From: Thecamonas trahens ATCC 50062
Lineage: Eukaryota; Protista; Apusomonadida
Assembly (NCBI RefSeq): GCF_000142905.1
Contig: NW_013657633.1
Span: forward strand, 169,154 to 233,153
DNA length: 64,000 bases
Direction: 5' to 3'
The notes below the pieces were generated by a model. It had not been told where the DNA came from and searched no databases. It saw nothing but the letters and a program-made list of their open reading frames with translations. This document shows, in pieces, positions 21,901-31,800 of the stretch (positions within the stretch are counted from its first letter, which is position 1; the number at the start of each line of letters is the position of its first letter). Both the position numbers and the translations under genes were made by a program.

Positions 21901-22996
21901 ACTGGCGGCCATGGAGGCCAAGCTTGCAGAGCTGGCATCGCAGGTGCAGGCGGCCGAGTCGACCGAGGCGAACGCAGCCGAGGCCGCGCGGTCGTCGGAG
22001 CGTGATCTGCAGATCGAGGTTCGGCTCCGCGAGCTCGAGCGCGTGGTCAAGGTCCTTGGCGAAGAGCTCGTGGAGGAGCGGCGGAAGCGTGAGGAGCTGG
22101 AGAAGACGGTGCGGAAGCTCAAGGCGTCGACGGCGGTTGCGAGCGGGAGCGGGGGCGGAGCCCGGTCCACCCGGACGACGACGTCCGGGAGCGGCAAGGC
22201 AGCCGGAAGCGGCGGATCAGGCGCTGGCGGCGCGGCCGCCGCCAGTGAGTCTGACGACTATGTTCTGGTGGAGGCCGGGGCGAGCGGCGCCAACGGAGCA
22301 GATGGTGCAGACGGCGCTGGCGGCGGAGCCGCGGTGGATCCGCTTGAGCCGCTCCGCGCGCTGAAGAAGAAGCGGCGGAAGGCCAAGGGTTCGTCGTCGC
22401 GAAAGAAGATTGTGCCGCGGGCCAAGGTCTCGACGTCGCCGGAGCCGGTGGTCCGGCTCATCAAGGCTGTGGAGGACATCCGGGCGCACTTTGGGTCGAG
22501 CGTCTCGTCGTCTGCAGCACGTGCGGCACTCGGCGACGACTGCAAGAACCCGGACATCGGGCGGCTGGTGCGCGGGCAGCTCTGCTCGGCGCTTGTGCGG
22601 ATTTTCTGGCACGGGTACAAGAGTGCCAAGCTGCTGGGGCGGCACCACCTTTGGGCGTTCTTCAACGACGTGCGCAAGAAGCTCGATGAGGTGGACAAGC
22701 AGTCGCAGCTCTCGCTCTCGCGCGCGGTCGAGGTTGTCAACCACTCGCATGAGCTTGTGCGGAACAACGACATCAAGTTCCGGTCGCTTGTCTGCTACGG
22801 GCTCAACTACAAGATCCTCCACGTGTGGATTGCGCTTCTCAGCGAAGACGAGCCGGTGGTCAAAAAGTGGTTTGAGGAGTGGTCGTTCATCCGGTCGCCG
22901 TCGATCCGGGCGCAGGTCATTGCCGCGCTCAACGTCTTGGTCGAGTTCCCGTTCTGCATGTCGCTGGACATGGAGATTTCGGCGTGGGATTTGTAA
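18968..22996 (+). CDS. Unconventional myosin, class VI-like motor with IQ motifs, Ala/Glu/Arg helix/coiled coil and C-terminal RUN domain
   Basis: [49 protein letters not shown]; Myo6-like [20 protein letters not shown] and [15 protein letters not shown]; IQ motifs IQATYKAY and IQAIARG; RUN-like [30 protein letters not shown]. Confidence 0.93.
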   Translation: [1342 protein letters not shown]

Positions 22997-23031
22997 AGGG
23001 ATGTTTTACACATGTAGAGGGCAATACTTAA

Positions 23032-24215
23032 CTAGCCGATGAGGCGAGAGGCGTCATCAGGGGGGAACTTGGTCTGGGCCCAGGTGATGAGGCGCTTGAC
23101 CGACTGAATGTACTTGCGGGAGCGGTCGTCGTTGAGTACGTGGGCAACCTTGTGGGCCGAGATGCGCTCACGACCCGAGCGCTCGTGGATGCCAACCATG
23201 GTGACGCCGATGGGCCACGGCGCGTTGCCGATGGACATGTCGACAAAGTGGCCCATGGCATTGATGTAGTCGCGGCCGTTGAGCTCGCGAACAATGGCGT
23301 CGAGGCCGGCGAGGATCTCGGGATGAACCTGCTTCCGGACCAGCTCCTCAAACAGCGGCTGGAGATAGGAGCAGGTCTGAGCATACTTTGCGGTGGTCCG
23401 GCGGCCGTCGCGGGTGGCGCGCTCGGTGACAGACCGGGCGTCGAGCTCGGCACCCACAAATGAAGCAGACGCGAGAAACAGAACAGAACGCGCTCGTAGA
23501 CATCGGCCGGGATCTTGCCGAGGTAGACCTCGCCGTACTCGGCGCCGGTCCCGCGCTCCGCAGGCCGAGCAGCCGACAGGGCCTCGATCTGCTCCTCCAG
23601 CAGGCGCTCACTCTCTGCCTTGAGCGCACGTGAGTACTCGTTGGCCTCGCCAGTTCGGAACTCGCCCTCGTGCAGCAGCAGCTTGCGCAGACGGGCGGCG
23701 CGGGCGGCGTCCGTCTCGCCAAAGTAGGTCACCACCTCGCTGCGGGCACGCAACGCAGCCTTGACCGCATCGACCTCCATGGCCTCGCCATCGTTCTCTA
23801 CACCAATACTATCAGTAGCCTGGTTAGCGTCGGCAGCCGTGGTAGCCGCCGTGGTCGCGGCTGCGGGAGCTGCGGCAGCCGTGTCGGTCGGCGCGAGCGT
23901 GGTGTGCGACGCGGGAGCGGTCTGTGCCTTCACGACTTCGGCGACGGGATCAAAGCGCTTCTCTGCAGTCTGAGCAGCTCTAGCCAGTGCCTCTGCCCGA
24001 CGAGCAGCAGCCTCTGCCGCAGCAGCAGACGCCTGCTGCTCATCGAGCTCCCTCCGTGTCAGATACTTGCGTCGCTTGTGTCGCCGTCCGTCGTCGCCCT
24101 CGCTGTCGCTCTGCCCCTGCCTCGCCTTGCTAGCGGGCTGGCTCTTGCCCTCGCTGCCGGCCTTGCGCTTCAGTTGGCTCCGCTTGCGCGCCAGCATGGC
24201 TTGGAGCTTGTCCAT
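23032..24215 (-). CDS. PRPF18: Pre-mRNA splicing factor 18 (one apparent 1-nt frameshift at 23453-23455)
   Basis: PRP4-like motif LRARSEVVTYFGETDAARAARL; Prp18 core SIGNAPWPIGVTMVGIHERSGRERI..AHVLNDD..RKYIQSVKRL in the second frame. Confidence 0.92.
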
Positions 24216-24451
24216 GGTGGGAGGGGGGGTGTTGGGGGGAAGGGGGGGGTGGGGGTGGGGTGGTGGCGGGGAATGACCGAGTGGAGGGATGAGCAGTGAG
24301 CAGGTGTGTGGTCGGTGGCTGCTGTTCAATGGGCTGGGCCAGGCTGAGCTGAGCTGAGCTGGGCTGAGGGGTGTCTCGGAACAGGATTGGGCTGAATCAG
24401 GCTGGAACGAGCCATGCGGTGCGTTGGGCCGAGGTGTGGGCCGAGCGTGAG

Positions 24452-26191
24452 TCAAGATCTGGCTCGGATCCGTCCCTCCCACACAACACAGCTCAGGCCA
24501 AAGATGAGTAGCGCGCCGGCGGGAACGAGGCCGGCGAGTGCAGCCTTGCCGCTGGAGACGCCGGCGATGACAAAGGCGGCCATGAAAGAAGCCCATACAA
24601 ATACCATGCCAACAAGGGCACCAGTAGCCCAGGTGACCTGTCGCTGGACAATTCGTGCAGGATCAGCCGGACGCGGCCGAGGCTGGCCAGTCTCGGCATC
24701 GGCCAGCGGATCGGCAACAGCCAAGACTTGGACCCGCCCTTCGCCAACCTCGCTCGAGCTCTGAGACGAGGAAGACGAGGAGGAGGAAGAGGAGGAGCCG
24801 ATGCTGGATGAGTTGGGATCGCGGCCACTCTTGGCTGAAGCAACGGCAGCATCAATCGAATACCGCTGGAGGGCAGGGGTGAAGCCGTCGGGCGCGCCCT
24901 CCAGGTCTGTTGGCAGTGGCCCGAGATTGTCGTAGCAGGGAGCATCAGCGGACGAAGCCGACGGTTCCGACGACGGAGCAGATGGCGGAGCAGCGTGGCG
25001 GACGACGGCTGGGCTCGCGGCCGGGCTGGCAGTAGTGCTTGCTTCGTCTGACGAGTCGGATGTAGAGATGAGCGACGAGCGCGAGCCCATGAGATTGACA
25101 GCGGCCGCGGTCGAGTCAAGTAGGGTGTACGTCGCCATGCGCTTCGAAAGGAGCGGCATGCGCGCCGGGGTGGCGACGAGGCGGAGGAAGGAGGCACGAT
25201 CAAGGACAACACACTTGACAGAGAACGAGGCGATGACGTCGGCGTTGCGGGCGCACTGAGCCATGAGCGCAACCTCGCCAAAGTAGTCGCGCGAACCAAG
25301 GGTGGCCAAAATAGCTGTTTCACCGTCCGGGGAGGTCTGTTCGACTCTGACATGGCCTGTGTCGATGATGTAGAAGCGGTCGGCGGCGGAGTCGCCCTGG
25401 CGTACAATGTACTCGCCGTCGGAGAAGACAGCCTCACCGAGGACGTCGGCGATCTGACCGAGCATGGAGGCGTCTGCGCTGCGGAAGAGCGGAACGTCGC
25501 GAAGGAACTCCTGGTAGCGGTCGCGCTTGGCGAGGGTCGAGTCCATGAGAATGTAGTTAAAGGTGACGCGATCGAGGGCCCAGAGGACCGAGTCCTTGAC
25601 AGCAGTGCAGGTTGCAGCACGCGGGGCGTTGTACATGAGGGCGAGCTCGCCAAAAGCGCCCCCAGCGGTGACGGTCAGGACCTTTGCGGTCGGGCCGCCG
25701 CCGGAAGGGGTGACAAAGATGTCAAACTTGCCAGAGTCAACAATGTAGAAGTAGTCGCCCGGGTCGCCCTGGCGGATGATAGAGGTGCCGGCGACGGTGG
25801 GGAGCTCAAACATGGCGTTGACGACCACTGTCAACTGGTCGGCATCGAGATGGCGGAAGAGAATGTGACCGGCAACCGCCGATCGGATGCGGGCCTTGGC
25901 CTCGGGCGTCTTGGCGTGTTGCGGCGGTTTGAAGCCGGTCTTGCGCGGACGGAGGACTTCGGCCGAGATGGAGCCCCGCCGACCACGCCCGCCAAGTGCT
26001 GCAATCGTAGGCGAGCGGAGAGAGCCTTGGCTCGCATGGCGCATCGATGCTCCCGCTTGCGCATCAACAGCTGCCGCAGGCGATGACGACGACGAGTTGG
26101 ACGACGAGCTGCCGTTACCCGCCGCAGGAGCCACTGGCACCAGAGGGGACGCAGGTATGCCGGACGCCGGGAGCAGTGCGGCAGGGTCCAT
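24452..26191 (-). CDS. PRKAR: cAMP-dependent protein kinase regulatory subunit-like, with C-terminal two-TM extension
   Basis: Inhibitor site RRGSISAE; CNB-A FGELALMYNAPRAAT; CNB-B FGEVALMAQCARNADV; two hydrophobic helices at the C terminus. Confidence 0.9.
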   Translation of the reverse strand: MDPAALLPASGIPASPLVPVAPAAGNGSSSSNSSSSSPAAAVDAQAGASMRHASQGSLRSPTIAALGGRGRRGSISAEVLRPRKTGFKPPQHAKTPEAKARIRSAVAGHILFRHLDADQLTVVVNAMFELPTVAGTSIIRQGDPGDYFYIVDSGKFDIFVTPSGGGPTAKVLTVTAGGAFGELALMYNAPRAATCTAVKDSVLWALDRVTFNYILMDSTLAKRDRYQEFLRDVPLFRSADASMLGQIADVLGEAVFSDGEYIVRQGDSAADRFYIIDTGHVRVEQTSPDGETAILATLGSRDYFGEVALMAQCARNADVIASFSVKCVVLDRASFLRLVATPARMPLLSKRMATYTLLDSTAAAVNLMGSRSSLISTSDSSDEASTTASPAASPAVVRHAAPPSAPSSEPSASSADAPCYDNLGPLPTDLEGAPDGFTPALQRYSIDAAVASAKSGRDPNSSSIGSSSSSSSSSSSQSSSEVGEGRVQVLAVADPLADAETGQPRPRPADPARIVQRQVTWATGALVGMVFVWASFMAAFVIAGVSSGKAALAGLVPAGALLIFGLSCVVWEGRIRARS

Positions 26192-27207
26192 TGGGCAGGT
26201 AGTGGTAGGGGGTTGTAGAGGGGAGGGGGAGGGGGGGGGAGGAGGAGGGGGGCGAGTGGACTGCCAAGGGGCCGGTCAGTGTTGGTGGCTGTGGCGGGAA
26301 GGAGGTGGGGAGGGTGAGCGGTTGGCAACATGGTTGACCATGGAGAGGGAAAGTGGGGATGATTGCAGAAAAAAAATGTAGAGCATGGCTGACAATGTCT
26401 TGAACGGGTGCTCATGGGCATACTGTTGATGGTGGCAAGGACGGGGATGGAAAGGTAGTGATCGAGGTGGGGAGAGCAAAGAGGAGCAGGGGGGAGGGGG
26501 GGGAGGGGTTTAAAGGTGATGGAATAGTGGGGGGGGAGGGGATGGTTGGGATCGGAGAAGATGATGAGGTTTTTCCCGGCAGAGCACAAAGTGGTTTGGG
26601 AGGCAGTAGATGGCAAGCTACGGGTGCTCATGAGGCGAAGAGGATGTGGGAGGTTGTAGATGTGTGAGGACGTGGATGGTGGTGGCAGTGTGTGGGCCTG
26701 TGCATGTTGTCTACTACACATGATGGCTGTGTGTGCTGGAGAAGAGCACCAAAGCAAAGGATTACCGACGACGCAAGATCAGTCGATTTAGCAACCCACA
26801 TCATCACGTGGGCTGTGAGAGTGCTGCGCATGCACTGTTGGTGGGGTGTGTGGCAGACGAATAGCGACAACGTCCTTACGTCAGCAGGAGTTGTTCCTGC
26901 CACAGATCGATGAGCCCTTCTTGCTCCCCCTTGACCGTCCTCGTGCCCCGCCCCGCCACCCCCGTCCCATCCGTCCGACCTCCTCTCTTGTCCTGCGGAC
27001 ACATCACACACAGCGCATAGGCCATGGTACCCTCCACACCCGCCAGCCCCACGCCGATCATCCAACGACATCCCTTCCATCCGATCTGTCTGTGGCATGT
27101 CCTTGCCACAGATCGATGGCGCCCAACTGGCGTCCGATCCCAGCCTCCTCCCTCCCCTCCTTTGGGTCGTCCCCACTCGACGCCACACAGAGGGGAGGGT
27201 GTTTGGG

Positions 27208-28590
27208 ATGGAAGTTGAGGGCACAGACGTGGTCAAGCTCATACTGCAGTTCCTCAACGAGGCGTCGCTTCCTGAGACTGCAGCGGCGCTCTCGGCAGAG
27301 TCGCAGGTCACGCTTGCTGCGCCGGCGGCGCCGGCCACGGTGGCGTCGGTGACGGCGGCCACGGCTGCCGGGGCGTGGCACTCGGTCCTGCCGCATCTGA
27401 CGGCGACGCCGCTGCCGGCACAGCTTGCAGCGGATCTGGGAGCGGCGGCTGCAGGCGATCTGGCGGGCTCTTTGTCGGCGACGTCGGCTGCTGATCGCTC
27501 CGCGCTCGCCTCGGCCTTGGCGGCGTCGCTGGACGATCTTCCGCCGTCGCAGCTCCTCTCGCTCCTCGCAGCCGGGCTGCGGTTTGAGGCGAAGGCTGGG
27601 CGGGTTGGGACGCTTCTTGCGTCATCGGCGAGTTTGGCGGGCTCGGCGGAGAGCGGCGGCGGGATCCCGTCGGGGAAGGCGGGCTCGCTCAAGGCGGCGT
27701 CGGGGATTGCGGCTGTGGCCTTTGCGCCGGCAACGACTGTGGCGCGGCTGGCAACGGCGTGTTGTGACGAGCCGGGCATGGTCGAGGTGTGGGATTGTTC
27801 TCGTATGGGCGAGACGTCATCGATCGAGCCGATGATGATCATTGCGGCGCCGTCGGGGTCGGCGGTAACCGCGCTCTGCTACGCGCCTGATGCCTCACTG
27901 CTTGTCTCGGCGCACGCCGACGGAGCGGTGGTTGTGGCCGATGCCGCGAGTGGCGAGGTGGTGCGAGTCTTTGAGCCGTTTCACACCGACCGCATCACGT
28001 CTGTGACGTTCTGCGGGCCGTCGCGCATTCTCACGACCTCGCTCGATGGCACTGCTAAAGTTGTCGGGCTTGTCGGCGGGCGTGTGCTCCACGATCTCCG
28101 AGCGCACTCGGCCTTTGTCTTGTTTGGCCTCGTTCTCGACGACGCGGTGGTCACCGTCGGTGCTGATGCAGAGCTCAAGGCGTGGGACCCGCGGACCGGA
28201 GTCAATCTCGGGTCGTACACCCTCGACGGGCCGGCGCGATCGGCGGTGGCGATCGGCAACACGGTGTACGCCGTCTTGTCGACATCGGCCTCCATCCGCG
28301 CCATCTCATGGTCGGCTAGCGCGGCTGCCTTTGCGGCTGCAGGCGAGCTCGCGCTCGACGGCGATCCCGTGGGTATCGCGTCGGGAGCACGTCCGTGGCT
28401 CTACGTCCTCACTGCAACCGGCGTAGTCCACTGCGTCACCATCGGATCGACAACACCGACCCTGCAGCTTGCAGCCTCTGTTGCCACCGGAAGCGCACTG
28501 TCACCCGACACGGCGTTTGCCGCAGCTGCGCCTGCCCGGCCCGCCATTCTTGCTATTGCATCTGGCCGCAAGCTCCGGCTGTGGCAGTAG
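27208..28590 (+). CDS. SMU1: Divergent SMU1 (LisH/CTLH + WD40 spliceosomal protein)
   Basis: MEVEGTDVVKLILQFLNEASL..ALSAESQVTL and PPSQLLSLLAAGL match SMU1 N-terminal motifs; WD repeats follow. Confidence 0.75.
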   Translation: MEVEGTDVVKLILQFLNEASLPETAAALSAESQVTLAAPAAPATVASVTAATAAGAWHSVLPHLTATPLPAQLAADLGAAAAGDLAGSLSATSAADRSALASALAASLDDLPPSQLLSLLAAGLRFEAKAGRVGTLLASSASLAGSAESGGGIPSGKAGSLKAASGIAAVAFAPATTVARLATACCDEPGMVEVWDCSRMGETSSIEPMMIIAAPSGSAVTALCYAPDASLLVSAHADGAVVVADAASGEVVRVFEPFHTDRITSVTFCGPSRILTTSLDGTAKVVGLVGGRVLHDLRAHSAFVLFGLVLDDAVVTVGADAELKAWDPRTGVNLGSYTLDGPARSAVAIGNTVYAVLSTSASIRAISWSASAAAFAAAGELALDGDPVGIASGARPWLYVLTATGVVHCVTIGSTTPTLQLAASVATGSALSPDTAFAAAAPARPAILAIASGRKLRLWQ

Positions 28591-28882
28591 CCTGTCTTTG
28601 CAACCCAATGCCGACACTGATCAACCAGCATGGTGATTACATCGTCGCTTAAAACACGGCGCGTGCAGATCGGGATGGGTGTGAGAGTTGGAAGTCTGCG
28701 CTTATGGTTTTGGTAGGAGGCAGGTGGCAACTGGCGGGGTGGGGTGGACGGCCCTCCTTCAAACTCACAAAGGCTTTAAGGCTCGTGAGTCGTGACGCCA
28801 GTTGGCACGGTCACACCGCCCGGGCCCCCCCCCCCCCCCCCCCTCACCCCCACCGCCACCACCGTCGGCACCGCACTCCACC

Positions 28883-31800
28883 ATGGCGAGTGCCACTCCC
28901 ACGAGTCCCACCAGCCGCACAAGCCCATCCTCGTCGTCGACCTCCACAGACTCTGAATACTTGCCCACGCCCTCGCGCCGCACTACTTTGCCGTCCTCGT
29001 CCACAGCCTCGGTGACCTCGTCGGCCTCTGGGCCTGGCACTGGGCCTGGCTCGGCCTCCGGCTCGGCCTCGTCTGGCGTGTCTAACCCGCCCATCCGTTC
29101 TCTCCCTCCGCTGCCGACGGGGAGCACAGGAGCGGGCAGTGGGGCAAAGGAGAGGCGCAGATCATTGTCATCATCATCATCATGTGAGTCGGTGTCGTCA
29201 TCGTCGGCATCGGACTTTTCGTCGTGGTCGCTCTCGCAGGAGGAGGTTGAGCAGCACCCGCCGGCGCCACCACCGGCCGACTCGGCGCCATCGTCGCTGC
29301 TGCTGGCATACTACGAGCTCGAGCTGAGTCCGCCGCACGAGCCGGTCTTCACTTCGCTGGCGGCTGGCGCGTCGCTCCCGCCGCAGTTTCACCTCTTTGC
29401 GGTTCCCATCCCGCCGCGGATCGAGTCGGGCGAGGCGGCCTTTACCCTCAACACGCTCACCTCGGTCTCGGGCGGGAGGAGCTGGCTGGCGACGGTGTCG
29501 AGCGGAACGTGTGTGTTTGGCTTTCTTGCTTCGGCGCCTGCGGTGCGGATGCTGAGGACGATAGCGGGGCAGCTCCTGGACGCGGCGTCACCGGACGCGC
29601 GGCGGGCGGTGGCGAGCTCGCTCCTCAAGTCAATGCTTGTGGTTCCGGCACCGATGCCAGCCCACTCTGGAGCGCTGCGGCTGACTACGCTTGCGCTCTC
29701 GCCGCCAGACCTGGCAGACATTCTCCTTGCGCTGCTGCTGGAGGCCAAGCTTGTGCTTGTGTCGTCGTCGCCGGGGATGCTGTCGTCTGCGGCGCTCGCG
29801 GCGCTTGCCCTCCTCGCACCTTTCCCGTGGCCATACGTGTTTGTGCCAATTGTGCCGGCGGTGATGACACAGTACCTTGCTGCGCCGACGCCGTTCATCA
29901 TGGGCGCGTCGCCGGTGACTGTGGCGGACCAGGTGGGCGACGGGGCGACGGACGTGTGTGTGGCGAGCCTCGACGGGTCTGGGCTTGCTCGGCCGCTGCC
30001 TGATGTGTATCTGGAGGCGCCACGGCCGCTGCGCGCGGCAGTGATTGCGGCAATTGTAGCGGGCTCGCGGCCCGAGCTTGAGTGTGCGGACAGGCTCCAG
30101 GCTGGTGTGCCGACGGCGCCAGTTCCCACGGTGCTGCTGTCGGCGGTCCGCGCGATCTGGGATCGGCTTCTCGCGGCGCTGCCGTATGCGGTGCGCACGG
30201 TGCAGGCCAGCACAGTGCTTGATCGCGGGGTGTTTCTTACGCTCACACTCGCAGCGGAGACGCGGGCTGACGGGAGCGGGTGGGCGTCGCCAGCACTCCT
30301 GCCGTGGCTTGCTGCTGTCTCGTCGTCGTCGCTCTTTGCGGCGCTTGTGGATGGAAGCGCGTGCCGGCTCCACGTCCGGATCTTGTCAGCTACCTCCGGA
30401 CGCTGCCAGCGCTCCGCAACGACGTGGTAGTGCTCTCGCGGGTGATTCCGGAGCTTTTGGCGTCGGCCGAGGATAGCGAGTTACCGTCGGCGCCGCGGCG
30501 TGATGCGGCGCGGGCGGTCCTGGGGTCGGCGGCCGGTCGGCTCCTCTTTGCGGCGCTTCTCTCAGCCGAGGCTGGCGGTCCGCAACCGGGCAAGGTGAGT
30601 GTGAGCGCGGCCGGGTTTGCAGCACTTGCGAGCCTTGTGGGCACGGCGCTGCGCATTGACGCGGCAGCGGCGCACTATGCTGGAGCACACATGCTTATTC
30701 CGCTGCTGACCAAGATTGTCTCGCCGTCGCGGCAGTTCCTTCTTGAGGCTGTGGCCAATGATGATGAGCTAATGGGCGCGCTGAGTCCGCTGCTAGAGGC
30801 AAGTGAGCTGTGGGCAGCGGTCTTTGCACATGTGGCGGATGCCGAGGCTGCTCAACACGCATGCACCGACGGAGCGGACGCGGGAGGGCCTGCCGACGAC
30901 GAGCGCATTGCTGATGTGCTGTTTGGCCACCTGGCTGCGATTGCACACGCGATGGTGACGCTTGGGTGCACCGCATCGGCGGTGCGGGCTTTCGCATCGC
31001 GGGCGGCGTATGCGGCGTGCATCGGCGAGTCACGGGCGGCGATGGCGCGGCAGCTTGTGGCCAACCTGTTTCGGGCCAAGACTGAGATGGAGGAGAACGT
31101 GGTGACGGACGTCGGTGCGTTGATATCGGCGGGCGAGGAGACGGGCAAGGGGAAGGGAAAGGGAAAGGACAAGGGCAAGAACAAGGACAAGGGCAAGGAG
31201 AAGAGCAAGCGGCGGCGGCTTCGGCGCAAGCACAAGTCAAAGAGCGTGGATGCAAGAGCGGGCGCGGACGTTGGCAAAGACGGAGGCGCGAGTGCGGGAG
31301 GCGTGGCCTGCGAACTGAGGACAAGACTTCAGCCAGTGGTGGAAGAGGTGCCGTCGGGTGCAGTGCCACTTGTGGGCCCTGTGGTGGGTGCTGTGGTGTG
31401 CGGAGAGCTGGCAGCGTGGGGCGGAGCATGCGGTGGGGTTGTCGTCTCGACGCAGCCGCGGCTTGTGCTCCGTGGACACTCTGGGCCTGTGGGCGCACTG
31501 GCGTTTGCATCGCGGGCCGGACTGGTGTCCGGCGGGAGCGATGGGCGGCTGTGCGTGTGGCGTGCGGATCCGGAACGTGCTGGCGGATGGCGGGGGTTCT
31601 CTGTCTCGCAGACGAGCCACGACAGCGGTGTCCGTGCGCTGGCCTGCGTGTCGTCGCATGCGCTGGACGAGGTTGTGGTGTCTGGCGGCGGTGACGGGGC
31701 GGTCATCAAGTGGCAGCTGAGCGGCGACGGCGGCAGCGCCGAGTGGGTGGTGACGCCGCACGGGCGGCTTGCCGGCGGCGTCCGCGATCTTGTGGTGCTG

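Noticed and set aside
23032-24215. PRP18, kinase and DENN genes as pseudogenes
   Set aside because: Motifs are intact with no in-frame stops; all lesions are single-base homopolymer shortfalls typical of sequencing error
1-26191. Functional clustering (Rim15, PFKFB, PKA-R nutrient signalling; PRP18, SMU1, CD2BP2 splicing; ARL3, TTLL4, CFAP69 cilia)
   Set aside because: Genes are interspersed with unrelated ones and orientations are mixed; compatible with chance
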